From assembly GCF_041956535.1 (NCBI RefSeq), contig NW_027192232.1, positions 21,557-85,556 on the forward strand: a DNA stretch of 64,000 nucleotides. The letters run 5' to 3'. This document shows positions 41,250-55,214 of the stretch, in pieces; the stretch's first letter is position 1; the number at the start of each line of letters is the position of its first letter. The DNA comes from Calcarisporiella thermophila CBS 279.70. Lineage: Eukaryota > Fungi > Calcarisporiellomycota. Under the pieces are notes generated by a model that searched no databases, was not told where the DNA came from, and was given only the letters and a program-made list of their open reading frames with translations. The position numbers and the translations under genes were made by a program.

Positions 41250-41276
41250 AACAGAGACAGAGACAGAGACAGAGAG
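41250..41276. repeat. (GAGACA)n microsatellite
   Basis: acagagacagagacagagacagagag. Confidence 0.8.
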
Positions 41277-41546
41277 TTTAGGTTGAAAATCTAAGTGACA
41301 TGGAGGATTGCGAAAAAGCTAATCGATGTCTGTCCCCTATGGGAGGAGTTTTGTTAAATAAGGCGATGTCACTTTGTTCTCACCCAGAACTTATTTTCTA
41401 TTCCCCTCTCACGGGTGTGTCGAGTGAGCACGGTAAGAATCGGATGAAAGATTTCAACGAGGACATTAAAGTTAAATTAAAGGTATATGCAACTACCAGA
41501 TAAGATAAATGTATGTATATATTCTATTATCTCCAACACGAAATCT

Positions 41547-43412
41547 TTATGATTTGCCCAATCCATATTTTTCAAGCACCCGGCCTACATCGGGAAGTCC
41601 CCTCAAATCCCCTTGTGCCACCACGGTCGATGGCTCGCACAATATCCGCCCGCATATCCGGACCAGATCCCCCAAGGTCACTGCATCGATTCGTTCACAC
41701 ATTTCGGCTACGGTGATTTTTCTGCCATGGACTTGGATCTGTCGCCCCAGATCCTCAAGCTGCACCATTCGCGACTCCAAATTCATCAACAGTGAGGATT
41801 TGAGCTGGTTCTTTGCACGATTGAGCTCATCTCTAGTAACTCCGCCAGCGCGCACCAACTCCAACTCTCGTGCGATGACCTCGGCGAGATGACGTGTGTA
41901 TTCCGGCCGGCAGGATGCAGCAATCCCAAATAGGCCGGCATCGGTGTAGCAGTGGTTGAACGCTGTGCATGATTCAACCCAGTAATGTTGATTAAGCACA
42001 CGCGTGAAGAGTCTGGAGTACATGCCTTTGCCTGGTCCTCCTGCAGAGAAGGAGCCTCCGCCGCCCATGAGGATTTGGAGGGTGGCGAGGGAGTAAATAT
42101 CGGGGTCATGGATTGAGAAGCCTGGGAAGGCAACATACACATGGGTGAAAGGCATATCTGGCTGTTCAAGCAGAAGAGAGCCACCTGTGTAGTGTGCACG
42201 TTGAACTGCAATTTCTTGCGGAGTTCTGGGCGGCCGTGAGAGCATTGAGGTTGCTGCACGGGTGATGGTTTTGTAGAGTGAACTATCGCCTTTCGCCTTT
42301 TTACCGATGCTCAAGTCCTGGGTGTTAGTGGCAACTTCACCGGCCCAATCCGACTTGGGCATATCCCCGAAGTGCTGCTCAACCAACTGCACTACTTGGT
42401 CATGAGGCGCTCCGGCCGCCGCAATGACTATCCGCTCCGGAACGTACCAGGTTGAAATGTACTCGCGAATCAGTTCAGGGGTCATTAATTCAAGATTTTC
42501 TGGCGGGCATAGCAGCGGGTTGCCGAGGGTGTTTTCGTGGAATGCCGAGGTATGTAATAATTCGGGTAAAATCATGTCTGGTTTGGAGTAGATTTCTGAA
42601 ATTTCATACATTGCTGTTTCACGCTGCTCAGCAACTTCTTCCGGGGTGATGAGCGGACGCCGTACTGCCTCAGCATATAGGGAAATAATACGAGCGAGAT
42701 CCTGTTTGAAGATTGCACCTTGATACATGATAGCTTCGCGTGAGCTTGAGCACATGATATTGCCGCCAAGGGATTCCAATTCAGCAATCATTTCTTCTGC
42801 TGTTCTATGCTCTGTATTCTGAAATGCATTATCGGAAATACAACTGTAATGTTAGTATATAAGCTGCTATTAGACGTTCGTTGGCACAAGCTTAATATAC
42901 AGTACCTTGAAAGCTAAGCGATCTAGAATATGGCTAATGCCCCTGGTCTTAGGCGTTTCATATCGTGAACCGGCATCCACATAGACACCAACAGCAGCAA
43001 AGTGGCCTGCTGTATTTTCTGTCACAACACGTAAACCATTTGATAGAGTGGTTATATGCGTAAGACCATCTTCAGATATCTGCGTGGAGAGATTCGTTTT
43101 CGACTAATATAGAATGAGAAATAATATAGAAATAATATTCCAGGATTACGAGATAGAATCACTTTCAAAGTCAATCCATTTCTTCTTATAACGATCTACC
43201 TTAGACTGCTCGCTGTGCTCTAGAGAGGATGTGTGCAACCCCCGAGGAAAAGTCGATTTTCCCACCGAAGAGGAAATAATGGGGTAGATGAATCTAGCAT
43301 TATTAGAGGCCGATAAAGAAGATCGGGAGCGAGTAGTAGTGCCAAAGCGACATGCTGAAGATAATTGTGCTCGATGAAGGCGACAGGAGGGTAATCGGCC
43401 AAATTGCGACAT
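41547..43412 (-). CDS. MAS2: Mitochondrial processing peptidase alpha subunit
   Basis: R/S-rich presequence, [18 protein letters not shown], glycine-rich loop [31 protein letters not shown]. Confidence 0.95.
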
Positions 43413-44797
43413 TCTTCAATTAGTAAATGGAATTAGATAGCAGAACACTGAAAGAAAGATTGCCGAGTTTACGTCGCAGCAATAGGCACAGTCACAAACA
43501 AAATGGAATTTTGAAAATTCGATCTAGGATATTCAGAATAGACGAGGAAAGCCTCTGGTCTATTGTGGCTTAGGTTTATGTCGAATTGCTCTATAGTTTA
43601 AATTTATGCAAACGCTTCCGATCACTTTTGTAGTAACTGGTTGCACCAACTTCAACTTCCTCAGCTAAATGGTCACATATTGAACATAGTATCGGACTTT
43701 ATACATCCTCCTAGTTTCCAATTCACACAACGGACAGCTGGATCGATAGAGGGAGGAAAAACCATAACAAGCACAAATCTCCTACTTTCAAATTGCCGGC
43801 AGCCTATTTCATAGATATACAATGTTTCGATCTTTCTCTAATTTATCTATTTTATTCAACGGGGAAGTAAGTACAAATTATGTGTCAGCTCTTTTGCGGC
43901 CAATATCTTTAATTTCAGCTGTGAATGTCTATTGTAATACTGAGTAATTACCAATAAGAATAATTAGCACAGGTACAGTTGTGAATAAGGACATTTATAG
44001 CTACGATTGTGAAATCTTGCGTTTCTTTACATAGAGCAGAAGCAAACACATTTCTATAGTGGTCGTGAATTTCCAAGCTATAATCCATCGGATTATACCG
44101 GAGTGGGTATACAGGGGTCCTCTTGTGAAACGACTAAGTATCATCCAATGAATTCTTATATATCGAAAATCATGGGTCAAGGTGTGCCTCCACACTTGAC
44201 TTGTTTACCTGGTAAATGTGGATAGTTTATTTGCTTGCCTCTTGATTCCGAAGCACCCTTACGCCTCACGGAGTTCTGACACTAATTTGATATGGATTTA
44301 GCATAGCGTCTGAATTTACTTGTGGATCCAGGATCCAGTTCTAAAACAAGCTCCGTATCCTAAGTGTGTAGCTTTGTTTTGGTTTGGGGATAGAATAGTA
44401 GGGCCAAGCTGACTTCGCCCTGAAAAAGATTAAGACCATAACCGACAGTAATGAATGCAGTGGTTTGTCTTCTGTATTTCGTTAGTCGATCCATTAGCTT
44501 CTTATAAGTGTTATTATGATATTCAACATATTATCTGGTAATTGTTGATCAAGGAAATTTGATTGTTTTATTATTTTACTAAAAGCATGAAGAGAAGTAT
44601 GGTCTATGGGCACTGTCTATTTCCTACCAGATTTTGTTACTCCTTAATCTATTACTAACATAACCATTAAGATGCAAAATGATCCATGTTTAATTCCCTG
44701 GTTAATGAAAGAAAATGAAGCTATTATAGTATAAAACAAGATGCCGAATGCAAAACGAAGAATAATAACAATAAAAGAAGGGAGCATCAGGGCTGTG

Positions 44798-45769
44798 TTA
44801 TGACAGAGGTAATATGGCAGGTCCTGCAACCGTGCTGTCATCGGATAATACCTTGTTCTGGTTGGAGATAACAAGGTACACATCGCCACTTAGTTCTCGC
44901 GGAACCTCGCAGTGACCTTCCTTAAGTGCAACAAATGATGTGGTAAGTCCGGAAGTAAAAGCACAGAAATGCTCGCTGGACGATGTTTTGGCGTCGAACT
45001 TGAGCATGACCCTCTGACCAGCCTTGGGACTTGCGGGCTCGACTGTGAGGCTAGGGAAGGGCTTGATGTTAAGGTCACTACCCTTTGGGCAACTTTTGAT
45101 GAAACCAGCAGCTAGAGTGAATATCTGTCGGGATCCCTGTGGAGTGTCGAAGGCAGTTGGCGAGGGGTTTTCGTGGAGAACCTTGCGAATAAAAGCGTTA
45201 TGTCGTGCTTCGACGGCCAGAATCGAAGCGGCAGCCGTGAGAATATCTTTGGACTGAACATCCTTCGCTGCTCCATTGTACGCACTGACACCCACACTAG
45301 AGTAGAAAGAAGGAGATAATAAAATCAAATAAGTTTACATTCAAGAAATAGTAACTAACAGGTAGAGATATTACCCTTCCAAAACTTTAGAAAGTCCTAC
45401 AAATCCTTTGACGTCGTTAAAGGGGAAGTTGTATTCGCATTCTTCAACGGCAGTTCCATTCAATCCCTTAATAACGCTTTGGATCGTCTCAACATGGGTT
45501 TTCTCTTGATTTCCGATTTCCGAAAAACGCTCATAAGTATCTTTTTCAAAGCCAGCCTTCTCGAAGTGTTCGGCGTTGAATTTCTTGAGACCCTCTCGGT
45601 AAAAGATTGCTTCTAAATGTTCAAGAGTGAGAGCGAAGTTCAGGATATCTAGATCAGAGTTTTTGCGCACAGCGCTAGCTCCATGAACCATTTTCTTCTT
45701 AGGGGGATAGCAAGGTGTTGCAGTGACTGCGGCGACTAGGCCAGCGATGACAAGGAAAGAAAGCTTCAT
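44798..45769 (-). CDS. Secreted ferritin-like (Rds1-type) protein, 2 exons
   Basis: Signal peptide, DILNFALTLEHLE, VGVSAYNGAA, ILAVEARH. Confidence 0.88.
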
Positions 45770-48285
45770 TGCTTAAATGATATATAGGTATTGAAATTGG
45801 AGTATAAAAGTGAGAAGGATATGTATGGAGGTAGTAATGCAGCAGAAAGAATGTAGAGGAAACAGAATCAATGAAAAGAAATAGTGAGCGATGCCAGCAT
45901 ACACAACTCAGATTTATTGAAAATAAAAAAAAAATCAAAACAGGGGGAGAAAAGGCTAGTTATGAATTATTTATATTGCGGGATATTCACCAAAAGAAAA
46001 AAACAAAAAAAATAAGCCCTAAATCGCGTGGGTCAGAATTGGCCACTCTACCATAGAATTAGTTGAAAGCTTGACAAATTTTGTGGCACATGGTCCGTGT
46101 TCCACCAGCAAACCCGGTTAAAATTTAGGGTAAGCCAAAGGAGGACGAGGGTGAACTTCGTGGAGACAAGAGACTTCACGAATGGGACAATCTGTTCTTG
46201 CTTTGTAAAGCAAAAAAAAACTTGTGGGCGTTATTATGGCTGCGTCGGACTTGCTGTTGTTGGATGCATACCATCGCGGAATTGGTCGCGTCAGCCGATA
46301 AGATATTTGCGTTAATGAGTGTCTATTAAGACTAACCTGTGTCTAAAGGGGCGGTTTCTTATTTAACTTGGCTCTGCTAGTTTTTATTCCTGCACTTAAT
46401 TCTTTGTCTTCATTATGCAGACTCTCTTTTCTACATATAAAAGTAAAATAAACGACCATAATTAAGGGTGAAGCAAATCTCGATACATAATAATCTGGCA
46501 AAAACGAAAAAACAATGGATAACCTGTTTGTGAGATCATCACTGAGTTTGTAGGGCGTATGTCAGATTACCACGGTGATGTTGGTTACCCACCTAACTTA
46601 ACAGATGTAGATGTAATCCATGATTTCCATGGTTTCCATGATGTTTGGATATAATAGCTATTTGAGGCGCTAATAATTCATAAAACTCTATTCCGAAATC
46701 CTTCCACTCAATGATCAGAACCATAAACTCTAAATAGGTAATTATATGACGCGGGGGCAGAGATGTAGATATAAAGGGTAATCAGAATAACAGAGCTCAA
46801 GGTCAATCTGTCTTGTGTACAATGCACTGTCATTGTTTTTCTAGAAAACAGCCTCATATAGATAAATGCCAAGGATGTCCGAGTGGGTTCAGTGGTGGGA
46901 ACATTTACTGGGGCGAGAGAGGGTACGCAAACTTCAGTGGCTGGGACCTCGTTCGTGTACACCCATTTACCGAAAAATGAAGATTGTAAACTTGAGTGGA
47001 TTACCATGCATAGTCAATCTCATGTCATTGTGATATCACTAGGCGAGTTCCTAACGACGTGCATTTCAAAAAATAAGAGATAGCATGCTCATTTGTGAGT
47101 AGTGATAGTACATCTTGGAAATATTATATTCGTTAAGTCAATCCCAATCTAATAATGCATAAATTTTGACAATGACAATTAAAAAAAATTCAATATATCT
47201 GTAGACGGCGGTGCTTGAGACACAGCTGATAAAAGAGCATTCGAGGGTCCAAAATGAAATCAATGCCAAACGATTGGAGACGGGTCTTAAAGCATTCAAT
47301 TCAAGAAATACTCAGCTTGGTCCCTTCCTTCCTGGGTAGGATGTAGTTAGACCATTTTGGAAAACTCCAGTCAACACTAGGGTTGAATATTATATTTTCG
47401 GGTAATACAGGGTTCTTATCGAATACAGATTGAAAAGATTGTGTACATTCTTAGATCATCGAATCTACAATTACATAGTATAGATGTCGATGCAATAAAG
47501 TGTGCTATTTCAAGTATCAAAATTTACTCTGGATGTTTAGTTGCAATATCAAGACTTTAACTTGGTTGTCAGACATTTAAAAAGTGAATCTGAATATTGT
47601 CTTGATATACGTATCATTCTTAACCACAAACAGATGTGTAGGCAATAATGAATGCATAGGACCATACCTACCCAGTTTCAGATATATATATTAACAGTAA
47701 ATACCATTTCATGTCTTATGTGTTTAGTGAATGCAGACATTTGTATTTAACAGTATGTTGTGTCAGTTCACACTAAATTTCACAGAAGAATCTAACCTCT
47801 GCGACATTAGGAGAATCGCATGTGAAAGTAACATCATTATTTACATAAAATTTCAGCTCTATTCTAATATAGTTCATATATTGGTTTTAATTACTCGTAT
47901 TTACCGGGGTCATTTGCAATAAAATTTCAAGATGTATTTTTTGAGCCTTCAGATGATAAAGAAAATACCGGTATTCAGCAGCAAGAGAGTTATTCTATAT
48001 ACGAATGTATTATATAGAGGGTGTGGCTCTGCAAGTGTCTACCAACTACTTGTTTTACTACCACTGTATTGCACCAGAAAATTTTTCTTTTGCCTTTTCA
48101 TATAAAAATACCCCAACCTAAGCTTTCGCTTAACCGAATAAATCCCGATAACTGGGGAGGACAAGGGATCTACTGGAAATCCGGTTTTAGGTATTTCGGT
48201 TTAAGTCGGCTAACTTTCGTATGACGATACATATTCAGAAACAACATAAAAGAGAAGATACTAGCGACTACTTTCCCACAGAACA

Positions 48286-48697
48286 ATGAAAACAAATATT
48301 ATTTGTTTGTTGCTGTTATGCTCTTTCACCGTAATATATGCGGAAACGCGGCGTGTAGGTACACGGCCCTTCAGCGAATTCAGAAATCTTGAATTATTGA
48401 AGGATCGTCGAGGTATCTCGAATAGGAGTGCTAAAAAGAATACCCTGAACAAACGTGACATAGATATCTCAGGAAGCAACGAAGTTAAAGGTCATCGCCA
48501 AATTGGCAAGGTAAATGGATACAATTGAATCATGTGTGAGCGCTTTACTTAGATCTTTCGTGATTTACTTGTATATTTAGAATGAAGTTCTCGACACATC
48601 TGATTTCAAAAATAAAGGTATCCTGGAACAAGATACAGACATGTGCACTACGAAAACTATTAATGGCCAAGCAACTGTTTCCTGCCCTTCAATTTAA
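48286..48697 (+). CDS. Small secreted protein D (intron 48511-48580)
   Basis: Signal peptide, NKR|DIDISGSNEVKGHRQIGK; exon 2 ends CTTKTINGQATVSCPSI*. Confidence 0.8.
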
Positions 48698-49258
48698 TGA
48701 CGAAATAAATCGTATATATATCGTATATCATATTTAAAGATTTACGCTCAAGCAAACTATTGAGTCGAGGCGATTTTCTCTACCTAAGACTTAGAGCTCC
48801 TAGGTATGCTTCCTCCTATGAAGTAATTTATCTATAGAAATCCAACGATATATATATTTTATTGGAGTCTTTGGCAACAATCTTTCATAATTTAAATATT
48901 TCATAAAGCTAACTTCAAATATTGATTAGTCGGAATAGCGGTCTACCTTCATAATATCGAGGAAATAACTATCCGAAACATTAAAATTGTTGCCTCACTA
49001 AGATGTTTGAGCAGAAATTATAGTGATATGTAGTGCATTTCGCGTAGATAAATTGATTGAAATATAATATACAATACTATACAATATATTTATTGAGTCC
49101 AACAACACAATTAATTAATTATTACAAGAAAGGAAGCAAAATAAGAAAATTAATTCTATGGGTTAAAATACGATTATAAAATCTTTTTTCTTTTAAAAAA
49201 TTGAGAGGCGAATCAAAACCGACTCGTCATTCAATGTAAATCGCCGTTAACTTCTTAT

Positions 49259-50214
49259 TTAAACATCAATTGCAATAAAGTCATCTATCGGAACCGATTC
49301 AGCATCAATGGGCTCTACAGGGAGGGTAACTTCTGGCTCTTCAGCTCCTCCAACTTGAGACGGACATACGGATATGGTCATGGTGCCAAAGGTAGAGGTC
49401 CTGCAGCTACCCTTTGTCCCAGTTGGAGCTGGATTAGAGGTTGTGAAATAAGTTGTATTTGGGCATTCAACACGGGTCTCGGTACCATATATGGTGGTAA
49501 TACATTCATCGCCAGGTTCTGGGAGAACTAGTGTGGGTTTTGGTCCAGAGGAAGTAAAGTAAGTCGTATTCGGGCATTCGACGCGAGTCTCGGTCCCATA
49601 AATGGTCGTCAGACAATCATCTGGAGTTGTGAGAACGGTTGAAGTGGTAGGTGGCGGCGGCGGTGGAGGTGGCGTCGGTATTATTGTCAATGTGGGTGGG
49701 ACTGTCATGGTGAGGGAAGATGTATCCGACTCATAAGTGTCCGAAGAGCTCTCAGTGCTAGAGTACTCTGGAGGGTCTATAATAAGAGTTGGTGTCGAAT
49801 ATTCTGAGGTTGATTCTGAGGACGACATATCGGGACCGCCGTACAAATTTTGGTTCAAATTCCCACTCCCTGCCCCGGAATTTACAGTGTTGTTAGAGTT
49901 TTGCTATATGAATTAATATTTTTATGGAAGAAAAAGAAAAAAGATGTTATTCAAGTTTCATCACTTCGATACAATACAGATTGGTGTACCTCTCCAATCT
50001 GCTGATTCCCTTTGACGTTATTATCGCCTCCCAAGCTAATATCACGTTCAACCAGTGACATGTCGTCCACCTTTATTTCGGGTCTTTTATCAAAGCCATT
50101 TTTAGTTTCCTGATTATCTCCAATTTTGTAGGATGGGTCGCGTTTCGGTGCCGCAGAGCTTCCAGTGGCGAGGAAGAGACATGATAATACAATGGTCAAA
50201 AGGCCAACTTTCAT
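49259..50214 (-). CDS. Secreted S/T/P-rich protein E, paralog of D (intron 49904-49989)
   Basis: Signal peptide, ER|DISLGGDNNVKGNQQIGE, and three C-x12-CP repeats. Confidence 0.8.
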
Positions 50215-51393
50215 CTTAATGGAGCATATATTAGTAGGAAATTCTTGGATTGTTTGTAATTACTCTTTTTCACCACAGTTTTATCCTTGTAGACTTTTTT
50301 ATAACCCCGTGTCTGTTAGATGACCCATCGGCAATTTGAGACAAGATTTTTGACTCTAGTCTTTGAAGTTAATATTAATCCCCGGATTAATACTTTGCCA
50401 ATGAGATTATCTTGCATAGCATTTCTTTTTTGCACTATTTCAATCTATAATTTAAAGTAATCAAACTCGAAATTACTCTTCTCCACAACATCGTTAGGTG
50501 GAAATCACAGAAGGAATTTAACGAATGTCCAGCTGTAATATCGGTGGGTTTGAAGAGCAACAATGCAAGTAGCAACGGAAATATCGGATTGAAATAAAAC
50601 CCAAGGGCATAGTTCCAATGACGGAATTACAGGTTGGAATCGGTCTGAATTTGGAATTGCTAGGGAGAAGATAAATTGGCATCAAAAATATCAAAAAATA
50701 GACTAGGCTATTTGATAGCTTTAAAAGCAAGGGTATATAAGTTATAAAATTCAAGGTAAAGTAGTCATAGTTAGGTTATTCCTTCGATTGATAATAGGAA
50801 TTGGACGCCTATTTATCCAAGATTATCCAAGATCTGTCAACAAATGTGACTCTGGTTCTAGGAATCGGTTTCTCATGACAAATCGTTCTTTTATTTTTGG
50901 TTACACGTAAATCATTCATTGCATAACAATAGCAATTATAAGTAAGCATTTTCCAAGATTATGTATAAATATTACTTAAAATGAAAGATAATATGTAAAA
51001 TACTCTGAAATATGTAATGATTTATTGAACACTATTGCTTATGCTACTCGATTTCACGTTGATAATGTGGATTATTTGAAATCATGCTCCAAGATTAGGT
51101 TAGTAAACGGCATAAATTGAGATCTACAGTGCACAATACAGGATCCTAGGAATTTGGCCTGTGAAGGCGTAGCCCCTAATTCACCTCTGAATTGATTATC
51201 AAGGTCGCTCGACAAATATTGGGCTCGAAGCAATACATTATTCTTTTAGGAATCCTGGCCTATCATCTCGCTGATTCCATAATCAAAGTCAGATTATTTC
51301 ATTAAGTAATATTTAAGGGTCTTGACTTTCGGATATTGAAACATTGCTGGAGAGGCAAGATTACAATACTTACAAGTCTTTGGTATTTAATCA

Positions 51394-53487
51394 ATGATGG
51401 ATAAAAAGAACATTGAAAATAAGGAGCCGGAAAAGAGGGATTCAGTATCAATTGATGACATTCATTCCTTGGAGGATACCAATTTTGAGCGGTTGAGACA
51501 AAAGGAAAAATTATTGGTACGAAAGCTCGACCTGCGCATAATTCCCTGGCTTTCTCTACTTTATCTATTCTCATTTTTAGTAAGTCCATCCTAACTTATA
51601 TTGCTACTTGATATGCTTATTTCTTCTGAATCTTTAACAGGATCGAGGAAACATTGGCAATGCTAGATTAGCTGGTTTAGAAGAGAGTTTAGAAATGTCA
51701 GGAGATGATTTCGAGCATGTACTACTGATTTTCTATGCAGGTAAGGGCTAGATTTTTTGAAATTTATTCAGAGAGATGTCTGACGCATCTATAATAGGCT
51801 ATATTCTTTTTCAGATTCCATCGAATATAATGGTCAAAATGTAATTCGTACTAAAAAATTCAAGACAGTTGTAGTGATTTGGACTAAAAATTTTATTTTG
51901 ACAGAGCAACCCCTTCTCGTTGGATATCCGGCACAATGGTTATATGGGGATTTTGTGTGCTTGGAATGGGGTTCACTAGAAGTTTCGCTGGACTAGAAGC
52001 AGCTCGGTTTTTTCTCGGATGTTTTGAATCTGGTGTTGGACCAGGATCTCCACTGTTATTGTCCTTTTGGTATTTGCGCGAGGAGATGGCCATGCGAGTT
52101 GCCTTATTCTTTGGTTCCTCAACTCTTGCTGGGGCATTTTCGGGAGCAATAGGTAGAGTATTTATATTTGTGATATTCTGCATTGAAATAAAATAATGAA
52201 TATCTTTTCGCTATAGCATATGCTATTATGAACCATTTAAACGGAGCGGGAGGATTTGAAGCATGGCGCTGGATATTTATCATTGAAGCCATTCCTACAA
52301 TTTTGCTTGGGCTTGCTTCCTTTCTAATGTTGCCCGACTATCCGGAGCGAGCCTCGACTCGTTGGCTTACGCCTGAAGAAAAAAAGCTAGCGATTGACAG
52401 AGCTAAGAGATCGCACAGTATTGACGAGAAATCATTTGATATCAAACAGCTGGTAGCTGCCCTACTAGACTATCGAAATTGGCTGCTTGGTGAGGCGTCC
52501 ATGTATTTCACTTGTATATTTCCATACTAATGACCGTATGTCTACGATTGAACTCCACTTACAACTAGGTATCATTTACATTGGACTTAATGTGGCGTTA
52601 TCATCTTATACTGCGTATTTGCCAACAATTGTTGGTGGACTTGGCTATACAAATTTAGATGCTCAGCTACTTACAGTTCCAGCCTACTTAATTGCTTGTG
52701 TGGTAGTGATCATCGTTGCTTGGAATGGAGATCGCACTAAGCAGCGTGGTCTTCATATTGCTTTTGTATCCAGCATTGGGATTATAGGTGAAGAACAGAT
52801 ATCCAATGATATATTCTCAACAAAACCTTTTTATCTAACAAATATTTCATTCTAGGATACATCATGCTCTTGGTTGCAAATGATAACAAAATTCGGTATG
52901 CAGGCAGTGTCATTATCGCCTCTGGCATTTATCCAATTATACCAACGGTAAGATACTACTTGATCGGCCACTCTTCATTCTGAATATTTATCTTAATTTG
53001 AATTGCAGACATTGGCATGGATAAGCAACAACAATAAGGGTCATACAAAGCGAGCAGTAGCCCTTGCTTTTATAAATATGATGGGACAAGCTTTTTCCAT
53101 CTTTGGAGCAACACTTTATAAGAAATCGGTATGAAATGAATCAATCTCTAGATCTATCGATTGTGTATTTCTAACAGAATGTGCTAATGGATTAGGAGGG
53201 ACCCCTCTATATTCGAGGACATACTATATGCGTATGCTTCCTATTCGTTTCTGGGGTCACTGCACTTATTTTGCGGTTTTTACTGAAGCGTGAAAATGCG
53301 CGTCGAGATGAGTATCAAGCAGCACTCGGAAATGCCCAAGTAACCGGTTCAAACACTGAGGGCGATGAAGATTTATACGATCGACATCCTGGTAGGATTA
53401 TAAATCATTTATTGTATGCAAGGCTATCTTATTTTCTAACGGTATTAAATTATGATTATCTATATAGGATTTCGGTATATACTCTAG
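51394..53487 (+). CDS. MFS transporter, anion:cation symporter (DAL5/TNA1-like) family, multi-exon
   Basis: RKLDLRIIPW, DRGNIGNARLAG, ARFFLGCFESG, WRWIFIIEAIP, GHTKRA, C-terminal FRYIL. Confidence 0.93.
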
Positions 53488-54434
53488 ATTTGACTGATTG
53501 TCAGAGGATACAGATTCTTAGTGCTTGTAAAAGTATTTGCAATATTCCTCTTTGATTATGTTAATAATGATTTACTAATATATAACAATATTCATAATTT
53601 AACAAATAAACTGTATACTAATTGTAGAAGCTAGAGAATGTTCAAATTCGCAATTGAATCTTTTTAATAATTTAAATTCTTAATAGATCATTAACCATTT
53701 TTACGGAGTATTGCTATCGAATACCCAGTGCAATATTCGTGAAACAATTTTTTTCACTTTCCATAATAGACGTTTGATTAATATTCATGATGCGTTCAAA
53801 TACCACTGCTTCACACTCTTTGAAACGGCCGAATAACATTTATGTCGCTTTATTCAAAATATTTTATCTTGTGGCAAAATACATGTCCTTCACAAACTCA
53901 CTTATATTTAGGTTTCGGTTTTCATTTATGTTCATTTTGATCTACTAAATATCTTAATCTAGAGTGTGATGAGCGCGTAAAAAGCTTTTCATTCGTATTT
54001 ACCTTGGGTGCCGCTTAGAGGTCAAAAACTCGCCGTTGACTTGCAGTAGACGTTGTGGGACGACTCACCTTATCTAGTGATGTTAGATATGGTTTTTTTT
54101 TGGTGTCATATTTGTTGTACCTAAATGATGGTTATTGCTTGGTTAACTTTTGAAGTAATCTCAGATATATTTTGAATTTGTTCTTTGGAATCATATATAT
54201 TAATGTTATTTTGATTTCATAAATCTATTTAAGCCCATCTGCAAAATTAATATTTTTTCTTTACCGATCTTCAATTTTTATTATCATAAATCCCGAACTT
54301 ATTACACAAGAAATTTTGCCAAGCCACAAGACTTTGCTGCTCCAGTTTTCGAATATAGTTCTGGATACTCGAATTCTAGTCATTTTGACCTTTGATTCAT
54401 TTAATAGCTCCTTATTCATAAACTTAACTGCAGC

Positions 54435-55214
54435 ATGACTAACCATTCTTGTAGCAACGAGAACAAAGAATTCAGCTGTTATCGCTGTAGATCAGGTTCG
54501 AATAATGCCTCGGATGATGCTCCTTGCAATGAACTCGACTGCCTCAGGCAAAATACTAGTATTGGCAAGTACGTAGAAGAGTTCGAGAGGATTGCCGATG
54601 GTATCCCGGACTTGAGCGAGAAAGAAAAGATCGACTTATTTATCAAAGGATTAAAGCCTCGTATCCAAACCGAAGTGAAATTGCGCCATCCGAAGTCATT
54701 GATGATCGCGATGTACACTGCAAAATTGTACAATCGAATTGTTTCTGATACTGATTCTGATGAACCGGATGAGCCTAATCCACTTCCTTATTTTGCTGGA
54801 ACTTTAAATTCAAACAATATAATTGTTTTTGTGGGCACTGGACTAGGCTCCAATTTCATTAGCAAACACATAGTGGACGCATATCAGCTCGAAACCAGTA
54901 CCATCGATCCTGTTACTCTTGATTTCGGCCTTGGAGGTACCGGCATTTGCACACAATATGCCAAGGACGTGCCGATAAAAATCGGCAATTATCAGGAGAA
55001 GCTTAACTTTTACGTTGCTGATATTGGACCTGGAGACGTCTTTCTAGGGACACCTTGGTTTATACTTCGCAATCCAAGTTTGACCATAGAATCAGACCAC
55101 AAGATCGACTTCAAATTTCAGGGACAGAACATACATTGGCAATGCATGCGTCAACCTAAACGGGATTTTGAAATGCTTTTTCATATCACTGTTCGCAAGC
55201 CTGGGAGGTCCTGA
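54435..55214 (+). mobile_element. Ty3/gypsy-derived gag capsid C-domain plus retropepsin-like ORF, stand-alone
   Basis: LRQ..SI..YVEEF and FIKGLKP.IQ.EV (gag); VGTG..SNFIS and DVFLGTPW (protease); no RT or integrase and no LTR seen. Confidence 0.8.

Noticed and set aside
46708-47400. Possible small gene fragment (..WVYTNEVPATEVCVPSLAPVNVPTTEP..)
   Set aside because: Could not build a credible start or splice model.
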